Assembly (NCBI RefSeq): GCF_006345805.1 | Contig: NC_043005.1 | Coordinates: forward strand, 70,990,001-71,054,000 | Source of the DNA: Octopus sinensis | Taxonomy: Eukaryota | Length of the DNA stretch: 64,000 bases | Reading direction: 5' to 3' | Shown here: positions 38,576-50,600 of the stretch, piece by piece | How the letters are laid out: every line of letters starts with the position of its first letter | Numbering within the stretch: the first letter of the stretch is position 1 | Position numbers and translations under genes: made by a program | Notes under the pieces: model-generated | What the model saw: only the letters and a program-made list of their open reading frames with translations | Databases searched by the model: none | What the model was told of the DNA's origin: nothing

Positions 38576-40035
38576 CACTTCAACAACTTTCTCATCCATC
38601 TTTTTCCTTTCTTTTATTACTTTCTCTGTAAAAACACTTGGCTTGGTGGTTTGGGTATTCAGTTCACAATCGTAAGGTCATGAGTTCGATATTTGCAAAG
38701 TATCGTATTACTCTTGAATATTGTCTTGATGTCATATGGGCCGCATATCTTTTGTATCTTTTCGGAGAGGCATTTCACATAGGGTAGACAGACTGGACAG
38801 TTGTCTATTTAATAGAAATATCTAAATCCACTTTTAGTCACATGGGGATGTTTGGAATCCTTCCACACCATCTTTTTTGTATCATTTTAAATTTTAATTT
38901 TATGTCTTTTTAAAGTAATTGGCAGTTCATGTACGACATCACTCAAAACATTTTAAATATCATTTTACATTTACAGTATGTTCAAATGGTTCTGCATTTT
39001 TTGAAATCAGTCTTGATAAACTATCCACATGACCTAATTTCTTCGTTGGTATAGACTCCATCTTGAAATCATAGTTTAATAATATCGTAGCTAAACGTTG
39101 TGACATTCTAGTAGTATAGGGTTGAAGTCCTTTTTTCGACCCAAATATTGATAATAATGGACGATGATCAGTCTACAGACGAAAACTTCTAACATGTAAA
39201 AATCTGTCAAATCTTTCATGACAAAAATAATCGCTAATTCCTCTTTTTCGATTAGACTATAATTTTTATCTGCTGAGATCAGAGAATGTGAGGCATGAAC
39301 CATCACCTCCATAGAGTCATCTTTATATTTATGCAACATCACTGCTCCTACACTGCACTCGGAAGCATCTGAAGCTACAATAATCTTTGCTGCAGGATCG
39401 AAGTATGTTAACGATAAATCAGATGTTAGTATTTTTTTAATATTTTGTAAAACGCCTTTTGACAATTTCCCGACCAATTCCATTTCATATCTTTTTTGGT
39501 ATATTATTCAGTACAACCTTCATCTTGTGCTTATTTGGAATATAATTTTGGTAATACTTTGCCACTCCTAAAAATGGTTGTCGGAAGGGGCATATTTCTA
39601 ATTGGGTTTGGTCGACATCCATTTCTGTCAGCGATTTGCCCTTAATATCTTGTTTTCGGTTAGAAAAATCCACACTTTTCTTCGCTCAAGGTAAAGACGT
39701 AATCCCTAATTTTTCAAACACATATTTTACATGCTTTGCGTGTTGATCCCTGGATTCGCTTTTAATGAGTAGTTCATCCAGATATGGAATTACGAATTCA
39801 CTGTCTGCTAACATTGCATCTATAATCTGTTGAAAAATCACTGGTCCGACTTTTAAGCCAAATGGTAACCTGTTGCATTTATACAGTCCTTTATGTGTGT
39901 TGATTGTTAGGTAATTATAGCATTCATCACCTGCTTTAATTTGTAGGTACGCGTCAGACAGATCCAATTTAGAAAATATCTTGTCACCGTTTAATTTCGC
40001 AAACATATCCTCCGGAGTAGGGAGCAGATAGTAAT
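38575..40035 (-). mobile_element. Second degenerate Ty3/gypsy pol fragment, cut at its RT by the Tx1 array
   Basis: LPTPEDMFAKLNGDKIFSKLDLSDAYLQI, LPFGLK, YLDELLI, IIVASDAS...YSLIEKEELAIIF. Confidence 0.85.
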
Positions 40036-40600
40036 TTCTTTATTACGATTATACAATCGTTTACATAGAATTACAAATACATAACATACATGCAAAACAA
40101 ATAATTAAGAGGTTCGATTAAAAAATTTTCCATAACATTTGGATTAAAAAATTCGTCTATAAATTGTCCTTTACGTGACCAATAGAATCTTATCACAGTT
40201 CATAACCTTTCGATCTTACCGAAGTTTCAAACCCCGGCAATTTATAAGGCCCCGCAGCTTTTGTTTCCTCTCCTCCCTCCATAGTTAAGCTGGGTTTCTG
40301 ACACCCACCTTTTTTTTCCACTTCCTTCCATCTTTTCTCATACACACCCCGTGGTAAGTTCCTCTTTTCCAGCCCCATTTTGCTCTTCAGATGATATCTG
40401 AAGTAAGTGAGCAAGCCGGGGCCCGAGACAAAGGATCCTATCGCGACTCCTTCCATTCTTGTTCTCCACATGCATTCTTTTACTACTGCAACCGTGCAGT
40501 GAAAACATGCCTCACCTTCCTTCGAGAGTCCAGTTGGCGGTATCATCTTAATCATAGACTCAGCCGACAGCTGTACTCGTCCCAGATGCGATAACACGTG

Positions 40601-42352
40601 ATTTTATTATTACCCACAAGGGGCGAACATAGAGGGGACAATACAATCGGGGAACTTAAAATAAGAAAGCGAATGACAAGAAAAGGAAAAAAATAAAAGG
40701 AAAAAATGACATATGAAAGAATATTTACAATGAGATGTAAATGCCCACTCGATCCCCGGAATCGAGAGGTTACATTTTCGTCACATATATTTCACAATAT
40801 TTTCTTTTTTCTCTTCTTTCTTCTCTCTCTTCTCACAATTCTATACATATTCCATGATAGCTTTCAATTTTCTAAAGTCCATCACTGAGCCCTCAGGCAG
40901 CCGCTCTCTCACTCGAACACTCGTGTAAAACGTTACACTCTCTCCGGCAGCTCTGAGGAACTCAGCGACTCTTTCTTCGGGGATTAGAGCAGTCTCCTGC
41001 CACTGATCGGTCATCCTGTTGACCCATATATGTCCCTCCGTATTACATGTCAATTCTTTCATTTCAGGGCAGAAATGGAATGTTACTAACTTGTAGAAGC
41101 AGTAATCTTGTTTCCGTCCTACGTTTTCCTTCATTTTTCTTTTCGGGCTTATTTCTTCCTTGTTCTCCTCTCTTTCTCTCTTTTTGCCTTCTTTTCTTTC
41201 TCCTTCTTTCTCTTGTCTTTTTGGTTCTTTGTCTGTTCTCTCTTTCTCTCGTGTTTTATGTTCTTTTTCTTTTTGTGTGCCGTCTTTTCTTTTCGTTTGA
41301 TTCTGATCTGTCTCTTGTTTTTTTCCTGTTGTTTCTTTTTCCTGACTCTGTTTTGGTTCTATTTCTTTCTTTTCTTTTATTTCTTTTTCCTTCATTGACT
41401 TATTATTTCCTTTCTCTTGTTGTTTTGTTTCCTTTTCTATGTTTTCTTTTCATTTACCGTATTCTTCTTTTCTTCAAGTTCCTGCTCGCACTCCGCTACG
41501 AATTCGTATAACGGGCACTCTTTTTTAATGTGCCCCTTGTCCCGTACAAGTAACAGTTTGGTTTCTTCCCTCTACAATTACACTGAGGGTTTTTTTCATC
41601 TTCAATTTCTATTCTGTAGGGGAACCTTTCAATGTCCTCTTTGTGGCCATCAAACACAGTTCGACCCCATATCCTCTCCAGTTTACCGCGTTGGACTCCT
41701 TAAAGGATTCCACCTCCACTTCCTCTTCTGCTGCTCCTAGAATAGCTGTTGCCAGCCATTCTGTTTTCACTTCTGGGGTATATTCGGGATTTTTAACCCG
41801 GACCCCTCTTCTTCCCTTGTATGAGGGCCACATTATAAATTGTTCGGCTCTTAGTACAGTGGTAGCCAGTGAGGCTGCAATTTCTTCCGTTGCACATCTC
41901 ACCTCCACCGTACCAAATTTCTTGCCTCTACTCACGTAGGTTGATTTCCCCATTATGTCTCCCAGACATTTTTCGATTTCGGCTATCTCCACTCTTGCCA
42001 GTTTCTTCGTATTTTTGTCTTGGGTTCTATATGTCACTGTCTTGTTTTCTTTGTCCTCTTTTGCTTTCGCGGGGGGGATTAGCTTCACGCTATCACCCTC
42101 CCTTTTGAAGAGCTTTTCATATTCTTTGAGTTTACTCTTCTCAAAGAAAACATCCTTCACGATTATCGACGAATCATTATTTTTTTTTCCCGTGACCCCC
42201 GCGTAAGTCGCCATGACTAGAGGGTCAATTCACCTTCTTCAGAACGTTTCCACACGTGGAGGCAAACGCCTCGCGCGATAATAATCAATTTACACAGAAC
42301 AAAGTTTTACTGTCTAGTCACAGATAACAACACGTATAGCTTGGAGCCACGT
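40601..42352 (-). mobile_element. ORF1-only non-LTR element B (half-L1-like), frameshifted
   Basis: ~135-nt 5' UTR, ORF1 pieces 41609-42214 and 40841-41395, decayed knuckle CYLYGTRG/HIKKEC, ~240-nt 3' UTR ending gtgggtaataataaaat. Confidence 0.82.
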
Positions 42353-44285
42353 TGTTTTATTATTACCCACTAGGGGCTACATAGATGGGACAATACAATC
42401 GGGAAAATGAATAATGAATTATGAAGTTTGTACAATGTGGTGCAATGCCCACTCGATCCCCGAAATCGAGCGGTTACATTTCGTCAATTAATTTTGTTCG
42501 TCAACAATATTTTCAAATAAAACATTTTATACATTTTCAACATACATTTCAAAAAGTTTTACAAAGTTCAACATTTCTTTTTTTTTTTTTTTCAGAATTT
42601 AAAGTTCTTTTTATCATTTCCAAATTAAGTTTTCACAATACCTTTTCTTTTATATATACTCCATTATGTCTACCAAATCTGAGTAAACTTCCATTGTTCG
42701 AGGCCACCTTGTAAGTCGGCATTTCATATGTTTTGACACGTTCTCGCCAGCTGCCTCGATGAACGCCTCGGCGTCGTTCTCGTGGACGAGTGCACCTGTT
42801 TCTTTCCATTCGGTGCCCATCCTGACCCACGTATATCCTTTTGTTGCGCTTATTAAATCTTCCATCTCCTCACAGTGCCTGTGATGGATCAACGTTCCAT
42901 AGTATTTGAATTTTCTATTCGTACATACGTTTTCTCTAGTTTTTCTCTTAGGACTTACTTCCTCTTTTTTCTCCTCCCTCGGTTTCTCTCTTTCTCTCTT
43001 TTTGCTTTCTCTTCTTTCTTTTTCCTTCTCTTGTCTTTTTGGCTCTTTGTCTGCCGTCTCTCTACCCTGTGCCTTAAGTTCCTTTCCTGTTGTTTCTTTT
43101 CCTTTTTGCATACCATCTTTTCCTTTCTCTTGGTTCTGTTCCTTCTTTTGTTCTTTTCCTGCTTTTTCTCTTCCCTTTAATGTACTTTCCTTTTCTTTCT
43201 CTTTCTTCTGCCTTGGCTCCTTCTCCACTACTTCTGCACCCTGTGAATTTTGCTCCTTTTCTACTATCTTCTTCCCTTTGTTTTCATTTTCCTTCAGTGC
43301 GCTGTTACTTCCCTTCTCTTGTTGTTTCTCCGTTATTTCCTTTTCCTTGTTTTCGCTGTTCTTTCCTTCGTGTTCGTTTTCCTTCTCTCCACTTTGTGTC
43401 TCTTTTTGCTCCGCTGTGAATTCATACAGCGGACATTCCTTTTTTATGTGCCCTCTTGAACCGCACAGGTAGCAATTCGGTTTTCTGCCTTCCACTATTA
43501 CACTAATTGTCTTCTCGTTTTCTATTTCTATTTGGAAGGGAAATCTTTCGATGTCTTCCATTGTGGCCATTAGCCATAACTCTACTCCGTATCCCTTCCA
43601 ATTTACAACGTTCGACTCCTTAATTGACCCTATTTCTACTTCCTCTTTTGCTGCCCCAATAATGGCTGTTACCAGCATTTCTGTTTTAATATTTGGGGGC
43701 ACCTTTGGGACTCTTACCCGTACCCCTCGTCTTCCTTTATACGTCGGCCACATGGTGAAATTTTCCGCTTTCAGGACAGTGGAAGCCAATGAGGCCGCCA
43801 CTTCCTTTGTTGCGCATCTCACCTCCACCGTACCATATTTCTTTCCTCTGTCTACAAAAGTCGCTTTTTTCATGATGTCCCCCAGACATTTCTCTATTTC
43901 TTCAATCGTCACTCTCACCAGTTTTCTCGTGTTTCTATCTTGCGTTCTATACGTTATCGTCTTGTTAATTTTTTCTTCTATTGTTTCCACAGGCGGGACC
44001 AGCTTCACGCTGTCACCCTCCCTTTTGACGAACTTCTCGTATTCCTTCAATTGTTCTTTTCTAAAGAACACTTCTCTTATTCTAAGAGACTCGTCACTTT
44101 TTGTTGTGGCGACCCCCGCGTAAGTCTCCATGACTTGAGGGTCGACACACCTTCTATAAAAGGTTCAAACACGCAGCGGCAAAACGCCTCGCGCGATTCA
44201 ATTTTTGACAACTTTTAACCGTCTTTTTTCAATTTTCACATATAAAATAACTCACAACACACGTATATAGCTTGGAGCCACGTGT
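42353..44285 (-). mobile_element. ORF1-only non-LTR element A (half-L1-like), apparently intact
   Basis: ~150-nt 5' UTR, one 493-aa ORF, ~300-nt 3' UTR ending gtgggtaataataaaac; no ORF2 sequence. Confidence 0.85.
42650..44131 (-). CDS. Tx1/L1-type ORF1 (Gag-like) protein with CCHC knuckle, K/E-rich linker and conserved C-terminal domain
   Basis: ATG-to-stop 493 aa; TYAGV N-terminus; CYLCGSRGHIKKEC zinc knuckle; clearly homologous to element B ORF. Confidence 0.85.
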   Translation of the reverse strand: METYAGVATTKSDESLRIREVFFRKEQLKEYEKFVKREGDSVKLVPPVETIEEKINKTITYRTQDRNTRKLVRVTIEEIEKCLGDIMKKATFVDRGKKYGTVEVRCATKEVAASLASTVLKAENFTMWPTYKGRRGVRVRVPKVPPNIKTEMLVTAIIGAAKEEVEIGSIKESNVVNWKGYGVELWLMATMEDIERFPFQIEIENEKTISVIVEGRKPNCYLCGSRGHIKKECPLYEFTAEQKETQSGEKENEHEGKNSENKEKEITEKQQEKGSNSALKENENKGKKIVEKEQNSQGAEVVEKEPRQKKEKEKESTLKGREKAGKEQKKEQNQEKGKDGMQKGKETTGKELKAQGRETADKEPKRQEKEKERRESKKREREKPREEKKEEVSPKRKTRENVCTNRKFKYYGTLIHHRHCEEMEDLISATKGYTWVRMGTEWKETGALVHENDAEAFIEAAGENVSKHMKCRLTRWPRTMEVYSDLVDIMEYI

Positions 44286-47200
44286 TCCCAGATGCGATAA
44301 CACGTGTTCTGCGTAACTTATCAAGTCTGACAACTTCCGACAGTGTACAAAAGCGTGCTGGACGGTTTCATCGTCCAACTCGCACCTTGGACACGTCGGT
44401 GGCACTGGAATTCCGTGCCGCGATAACTTCTTGCGAACAGGTAGAGCATTCCTATAGCACTGCCAGGCCAGGGATCTTTGGAAATTATCCAAGTACCCCG
44501 TCCTGAAAGTCTTTTTAAACAGGTTGGTAAGCTGGTCTTCGTCAAACCCAGAGCCCCTCCTAGGACGTCGTCGTTCTTTGCCTCTACCAGCCTTCTATAA
44601 AATACCGAGGTGGTATTTCCGCAGCCGGCCTTGCCCGCCTTGTGGATCAGCGTGAATGCCTGTCGGCACTCCTTTTGCCATGGAGTTAGATTCCATCTTC
44701 TGATGTAACCGGGTTTAAAATTAACTAAGGAGGCCGGTCTCGGGAAAAATCCCTCTGCCAGCGGACTCCACACCTTATCACCTTCCAGGTGGTGCCAGAG
44801 ATGTCTTAGTCTCAACGCATGTCTGCGCATCATCAACCAAGGCATCCTAACCACCCTTTAACGGTTCCTGACAGCAAACGGAGCGCCTCACAAGTGGCTT
44901 TCTCCCTTCCACAAAAAGCGGAAAGGATTCGCTCCAACTTGTTAAGCCATGAACCGGGGCAAGGGACAACGGTCAGGCGGTAAGTGATTACAGATGCAAT
45001 GAACATCTGTACCACCTCCGCCCTTCCTTTCAAGGACAGAGACCTTCCGGACCAGGTCCGTACTATGGCCTCCACCTTGCTCGTCACCTCACTCCAGTTC
45101 CTCTCCGTTTGGGAGTCTGGCCCAAACCAGACTCCTAGCAACTTAACAGGGCCATCCGTCCAGTGTCCCACGACGCTGGACGATATCGACTTGCTCCTCC
45201 AGGTGCCGAGGCGCAAGCCAACCGACTTGTCCTGTTAACCTTTGCTCCTGCCACCGCCTCGTATCCTCTGATAGCCTCTTCCACACAAGGTAGCTGGGCC
45301 TCATTGGACACGATGAGGGTGACGTCATCCGCATAAGCAGTACCGTCCTCCCACCTCCGATCTCATCCGAGTTGCTTCCCAGCCTCTCCAACTTCGCAGC
45401 AATGGCTCAAGAGCCAACACGTACAAAAGTGGTGACAAGGGGCACCCTGACGAACTGAACATTCAATCGAAACGTTCCGTTAGGTAACCGTTTATCTGGA
45501 CGGTGGACTTGATGCCGCTATACATAGCGGAGATCCACCCGCGAAATTCAGGGCCCAGTCCAGCCGCTTCGAGGACCGTCGCCAGGTACTCATGGTCTAC
45601 CCTATCGAACGCTTACTTTGGTCTAAATGGACCATTACCCCGCCCTTGCCGGTTATTTACCCACCCTGTCTAAGGTGTAGCGTATTAGGTGAAGATTGTC
45701 CTGGATCGACCTGCCTGGAATTGCACATGTCTGTGCTCTCCCTACAAGTTTCTCTACGACAACCGTCAACCTTTTTGCCACACCTTGGCCAAATCTTTAA
45801 CTCTACATTAAGTAGGGTTATGGCCTGTAGTTACTAATGTTATCCCCCTTGCTCGGGTCTTTCTGGATTAGCGTCACACCACTCCCCGGCTTACAGAGCT
45901 GGGAATTCCTCCATTCTGCTGCCAGTTCGTGTACAGAGCTGGGAATTCTCCCATTCTGCTGCCAGTTCGTGTAGACGCCTGCCAATATTCCCCCGAACAA
46001 GTCCGGCATACTTGGTAAAACTCGTAGGGCAGACCACCATCCACCCCGCCATCCGGCCAGTATCCCCTCTATCTCGCGGGAGTGATCGCTTCTTCACAGC
46101 ACTCCACCTCACGCCCCGAGAGCCGCCGGTCCGCCGGCCAGGAAGTCCTTTAAGGTCCTCCCCCGCTCCGGCGTCACCCCACCCCCGAACACGGGCGAAA
46201 TGCTGGTGAAGAAACTTTTGCATCTCCTCCTGTCCATAGATCTTTTGTCCCTGTTCGTCAGTTAAAGATTTGATTGAGGCTTTGTTGCCTCTCTGACTCT
46301 CCACTCGACGGGCCCATCCGGCAACGTTAATACCTTCTCGTTCCCAGCGCGTAGCTTAGCTCTGACTCTGCAACCTTCGTGTTTGGAGTTAAGGTGACGG
46401 TACAATACCGTCCTTGCCGCCAACACTCCGGATGCAGAGCCAGCTTCCATTGCCTCGTTTAGATTCTTAACTAGATCGTCCTCTATCCTAGACCTATCTA
46501 ACCTTAGCTGATTGCTAAATCTGATGGACTCTGAACGAATGGCTCTTTTGAGGGAGTGCCACCATCTATTGTTAATGATGGTGCCACACAATGCCCTCTG
46601 TACTAACACCTTAATCCGGGTACGGAAGTCTTCACAATTCAAAATAGCCTTGTTCAGCTTCCAGTACCCGGGTCCCTGTCTCTGACACTTGTCCAATTGC
46701 ATCCCACACGTCACAAATTTGTGATCCGTGTAAGGCACAATGTGGAACTGTGGACAACTAAACGTGTCCTTATCTCTTTTTCTAATAAATATCCTATCTA
46801 AATACGATCTGCGTGAGCCGTCGTTGTTGAACCCAGTTTAGAAGACGAGAGGCGGCGACGCTTGGGCCCCGTCTCTTGGACTCGGAGTTGCAATAGCTAG
46901 TTGTCTAACTCCATGTGGTAGAGATCCGTGCAGGAACAAATTTGCTTCATTCGGACCACCATTCCACGTACAATTTATGAAACAACCCGCTTAGCCAGTG
47001 TAGGTTGGATAGAGAGCAAATAAATGAAACTCACAAGTTGGGAACGTGGAGCATACAGTTTAAAATCTGCACCCCTGTAGTCCCCTTCGTCCAGAGGGAG
47101 TCACCTTGTATCGAAGCTTCAGGCTACTTGAACGGCGTTGCCACCCGAGAGGCAGGGCTCTGGAGTGGGATGTGGGTTGCCGGGGTTATCACAAGTTTGC

Positions 47201-47699
47201 CCTCCATTTACTTCTTTGAGTCACATCTCTAATCAGTCTGTTCTTTAGATGCTCGTTAAGAACTTCTTCCTTCCACTCGTCTTCCTTTATTTTCGCGAAG
47301 CGAGTGGTTGCTTTTATGTCTGTAGCCTTACTATAACTTAAATTTTGAAAATTTATAGTATTTATATACTCTTTTCGTTTTTTTCATCGAAGCAATGATC
47401 TTATCATTTTTTTTTAGGACTTTTTCACATCTTGTTTTATGGGGAGGGGCTGGCAAACTGTTTCCCAATGAAAACAGTGCCATGGGGGTAGGGCTGGGGG
47501 ATTTGCTTGGTGGTGTATGATCGCTGGTGCTTGCTGATTTTTTTTTTTGTTTGGGGGAGGGGAGTCCGGGGTGTTGTCTTTTTTCTTTTATGTGTGACTG
47601 AGTGTAGTCCATTTGTTCGGTACAATCCGTTTCTGTTTCAATACTGTCTTCGTCTTGTTATTATCCTTTTCTTCTTCTCTCCCCTTCAGTGTTTATTCT

Positions 47700-50600
47700 C
47701 TTTATTACGATTATAGAAAATCAATACATAGAAGGGACGAATACAGGACATACATACAAAAACATTTAAGAGATTCGATTAAAATTTTCGTTTGGATTCG
47801 TTATAAAGTAATAGTTTTTTGCATAACTAGTATACAAACATTGTAGATGACTTTTGGTGGTTTTACTGGAGCTTTTACACCCCGGCAATTGATGAGGCCC
47901 TGCAGCTTCCACTTCCTCTCCTCCTCCATGGTCAAGCTGGGTTTCTCACACCCACCTTTCTTTCCACTTCCTTCCATCTTTTCTCATACACTCCCTCCCC
48001 GCGGCAAGGTCCTCCTCTCCAGTCCCATCTTGCTTCTCAGATGATATCTGAAGTAGGTGAGCAAGCCGGGCCCGTAGATAAAGGACCCTGTCGCGGCTCC
48101 CCTTCCTCGTTCTCCACATGCATTCCTTTACCACTACACTGCAACCGTGCAGTGAAAACATGCCTCACCTTCCTTCGAGAGTCCAGTTGGCGGTATCATC
48201 TTAATCATAGACTCAGACCGACAGCTGTACTCGTCCCAGAGTGCGATAACACGTGTTCTGCGTAACTTATCAAGTCGTTCAACTTCCGACAGTGAACAAA
48301 GCGTGCTGACACGGTTTCATCGTCGCCGACCCGCATCTTGGACATGTCGGTGGCACTGGAACTCCGTGCCGCGATAACTTCTCGCGAACAGGTAAAGCAT
48401 TCCTGTAGCACTGCCAGGCCAGGGATCTTTGGAAATTATCCAAATACCCCGACCTGAACGTTTTCTTAAACAGATTGGCAAGCTGGTCTTCATCAAACCC
48501 CAGAGCCCCTCCTAGGACGTCATCGTTTTTACCTTCTACAGCCCTCTATAAAATACCGAGGTGGTATTTCCGCAGCAGCGGCCTTGCCCGTCCTGTGGAT
48601 CAGCGTGAGTGCCTGTCGGCACTCCTTTTGCCATGGAGTTAGATTCCATCTTCTGATGTAACCGGGTTTAAATTAACTAAGGAGGCGGTCTCGGGAAAAA
48701 TCCCTCTGCCAGCGGACTCCACACCTTATCACCTTCCAGGTGGTGCCAGAGATGTCTTAGTCTCAACGCAACACTATTCTGCGCATCATCAACCAAGGCA
48801 TCCCTAACCCACCCTTTAACGGTTCCTGACAGCAAACGGAGCGCCTCACAAGTGGCTTTTCTCCCTTCCACAAAAAGCGGAAAAGGATTCGCTCCAACTG
48901 TGTTAAGCCATGAACCGGGCAAAGAGACAACGGTCAGGCGGTAAGTGATTACAGATGCAGAATGACATCATGTGACCATACCACCTCCGCCCTTCCTTTC
49001 AAGGACAGAGACCTTCCGGACCAGGTCCGTACTATGGCCTCCACCTTGCTCGTCACCTCACTCCAGTTCCTCTCCGTTGGGAGTCTGGCCCAAACCAGAC
49101 TTCCTAGCAACTTAACAGGGCCATCCGTCCAGTGTCCCACGACGCTGGACGATATCGACTTGCTCCTCCAGGTGCCGAGGCGCAAGCCAACCGACTTGTC
49201 CTTGTTAACCTTTGCTCCTGCCACCACGCCTCGTATCCTCTGATAGCCTCTTCCACACAAGGTAGCTGGGCCTCATTGGACACGATGAGGGTGACGTCAT
49301 CCGCATAAGCAGTAACCGTCTCCCCACCTCCGATCTCATCCGAGTTGCTTCCCAGCCTCTCCAACTTTCGCAGCAATGGCTCAAGACCAACACGTACAAA
49401 AGTGGTGACAAGGGCACCCTTGACGAACTGAACATTCAATCGAAAACGGTTCCGTTAGGTAACCGTTTATCTGGACGGTGGACTTGATGCCGCTATACAT
49501 AGCGGAGATCCACCCGCGAAATTCAGGGCCCAGTCCAGCCGCTTCGAGGACCGTCGCCAGGTACTCATGGTCTACCCTATCGAACGCTTTACTTTGGTCT
49601 AAATGGACCATTACCCCGCCCTTGCCGTTAATTTACCCACCCTGTCTAGGTGTAGCGTATTAGGTGAAGATTGTCCTGGATCGACCTGCCTGGAATTGCA
49701 CATGTCTGTGCTCTCCCTACAAGTTTCTCTACGACAACCGTCAACCTTTTTGCCAACACCTTGGCCAAAATCTTTAACTCTACATTAAGTAGGTTATGGG
49801 CCTGTAGTTACTAATGTTATCCCCCTTGCTCGGGTCTTTCTGGATTAGCGTCACCACTCCCCGGCTACAGAGCTGGAATTCTCCCATTCTGCTGCCAGTT
49901 CGTGTAGACGCCTGCCAATATTCCCCGAACAAGTCCGGCATACTTTTGTTAAAACTCGTAGGGCAGACCATCCAACCCAACCCCGCGCATCCGGCCAGTA
50001 TCCCCTCTATCTCCGCGGGAGTGATCGCTTCTTCACAGCACTCCACCTCACGCCCCGAGAGCCGCGGTCCGCCGGCCAGAAGTCCTTTAGGTCCTCCCCC
50101 GCTCCGGCGTCACACACACCCCCCCGAACACGGGCGAAATGCTGGTGAAGAAACTTTTGCATCTCCTCCTGTCCATAGATCTTTTGTCCCTGTTCGTCAG
50201 TTAAAGATTTGATTGAGGCTTTGTTGCCTCTCTGACTCTCCACTCGACGGGCCCATCCGGCAACGTTAATACCTTCTCGTTTCCCAGCGCGTAGCTTAGC
50301 TCTGACTCTGCAACCTTCGTGTTTGGAGTTAAGGTGACGGTACAATACCGTCCTTGCCGCCAACACTCCGGATGCAGAGCCAGCTTCCATTGCCTCGTTT
50401 AGATTCTTAACTAGATCGTCCTCTATCCTAGACCTATCTAACCTTAGCTGATTGCTAAATCTGATGGACTCTGAACGAATGGCTCTTTTGAGGGAGTGCC
50501 ACCATCTATTGTTAATGATGGTGCCACACAATGCCCTCTGTACTAACACCTTAATCCGGGTACGGAAGTCTTCAAATTCAAAATAGCCTTGTTCAGCTTC

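Larger units (their letters stand above)
40036..47699 (-). mobile_element. Tx1/L1 array unit 0, interrupted at 40601-44285; different 3' UTR; ~400-bp EN deletion near 46830
   Basis: ORF2 C-terminus at 40193-40597 continues at 44286 across a 21-bp duplication; 3' end aataaagaaatt abuts gypsy RT. Confidence 0.88.

Noticed and set aside
42875-44123. Plus-strand ORFs of 101-190 aa antisense to ORF1
   Set aside because: Shadow frames of a purine-rich coding strand (F/S/L-rich); not conserved as ORFs in element B.
44255-44285. 5' terminus of ORF1-only elements as a remnant of an snRNA, tRNA or 5S target
   Set aside because: No match to the U1, U2, U4, U5, U6 or tRNA sequences I can recall; needs an Rfam search.
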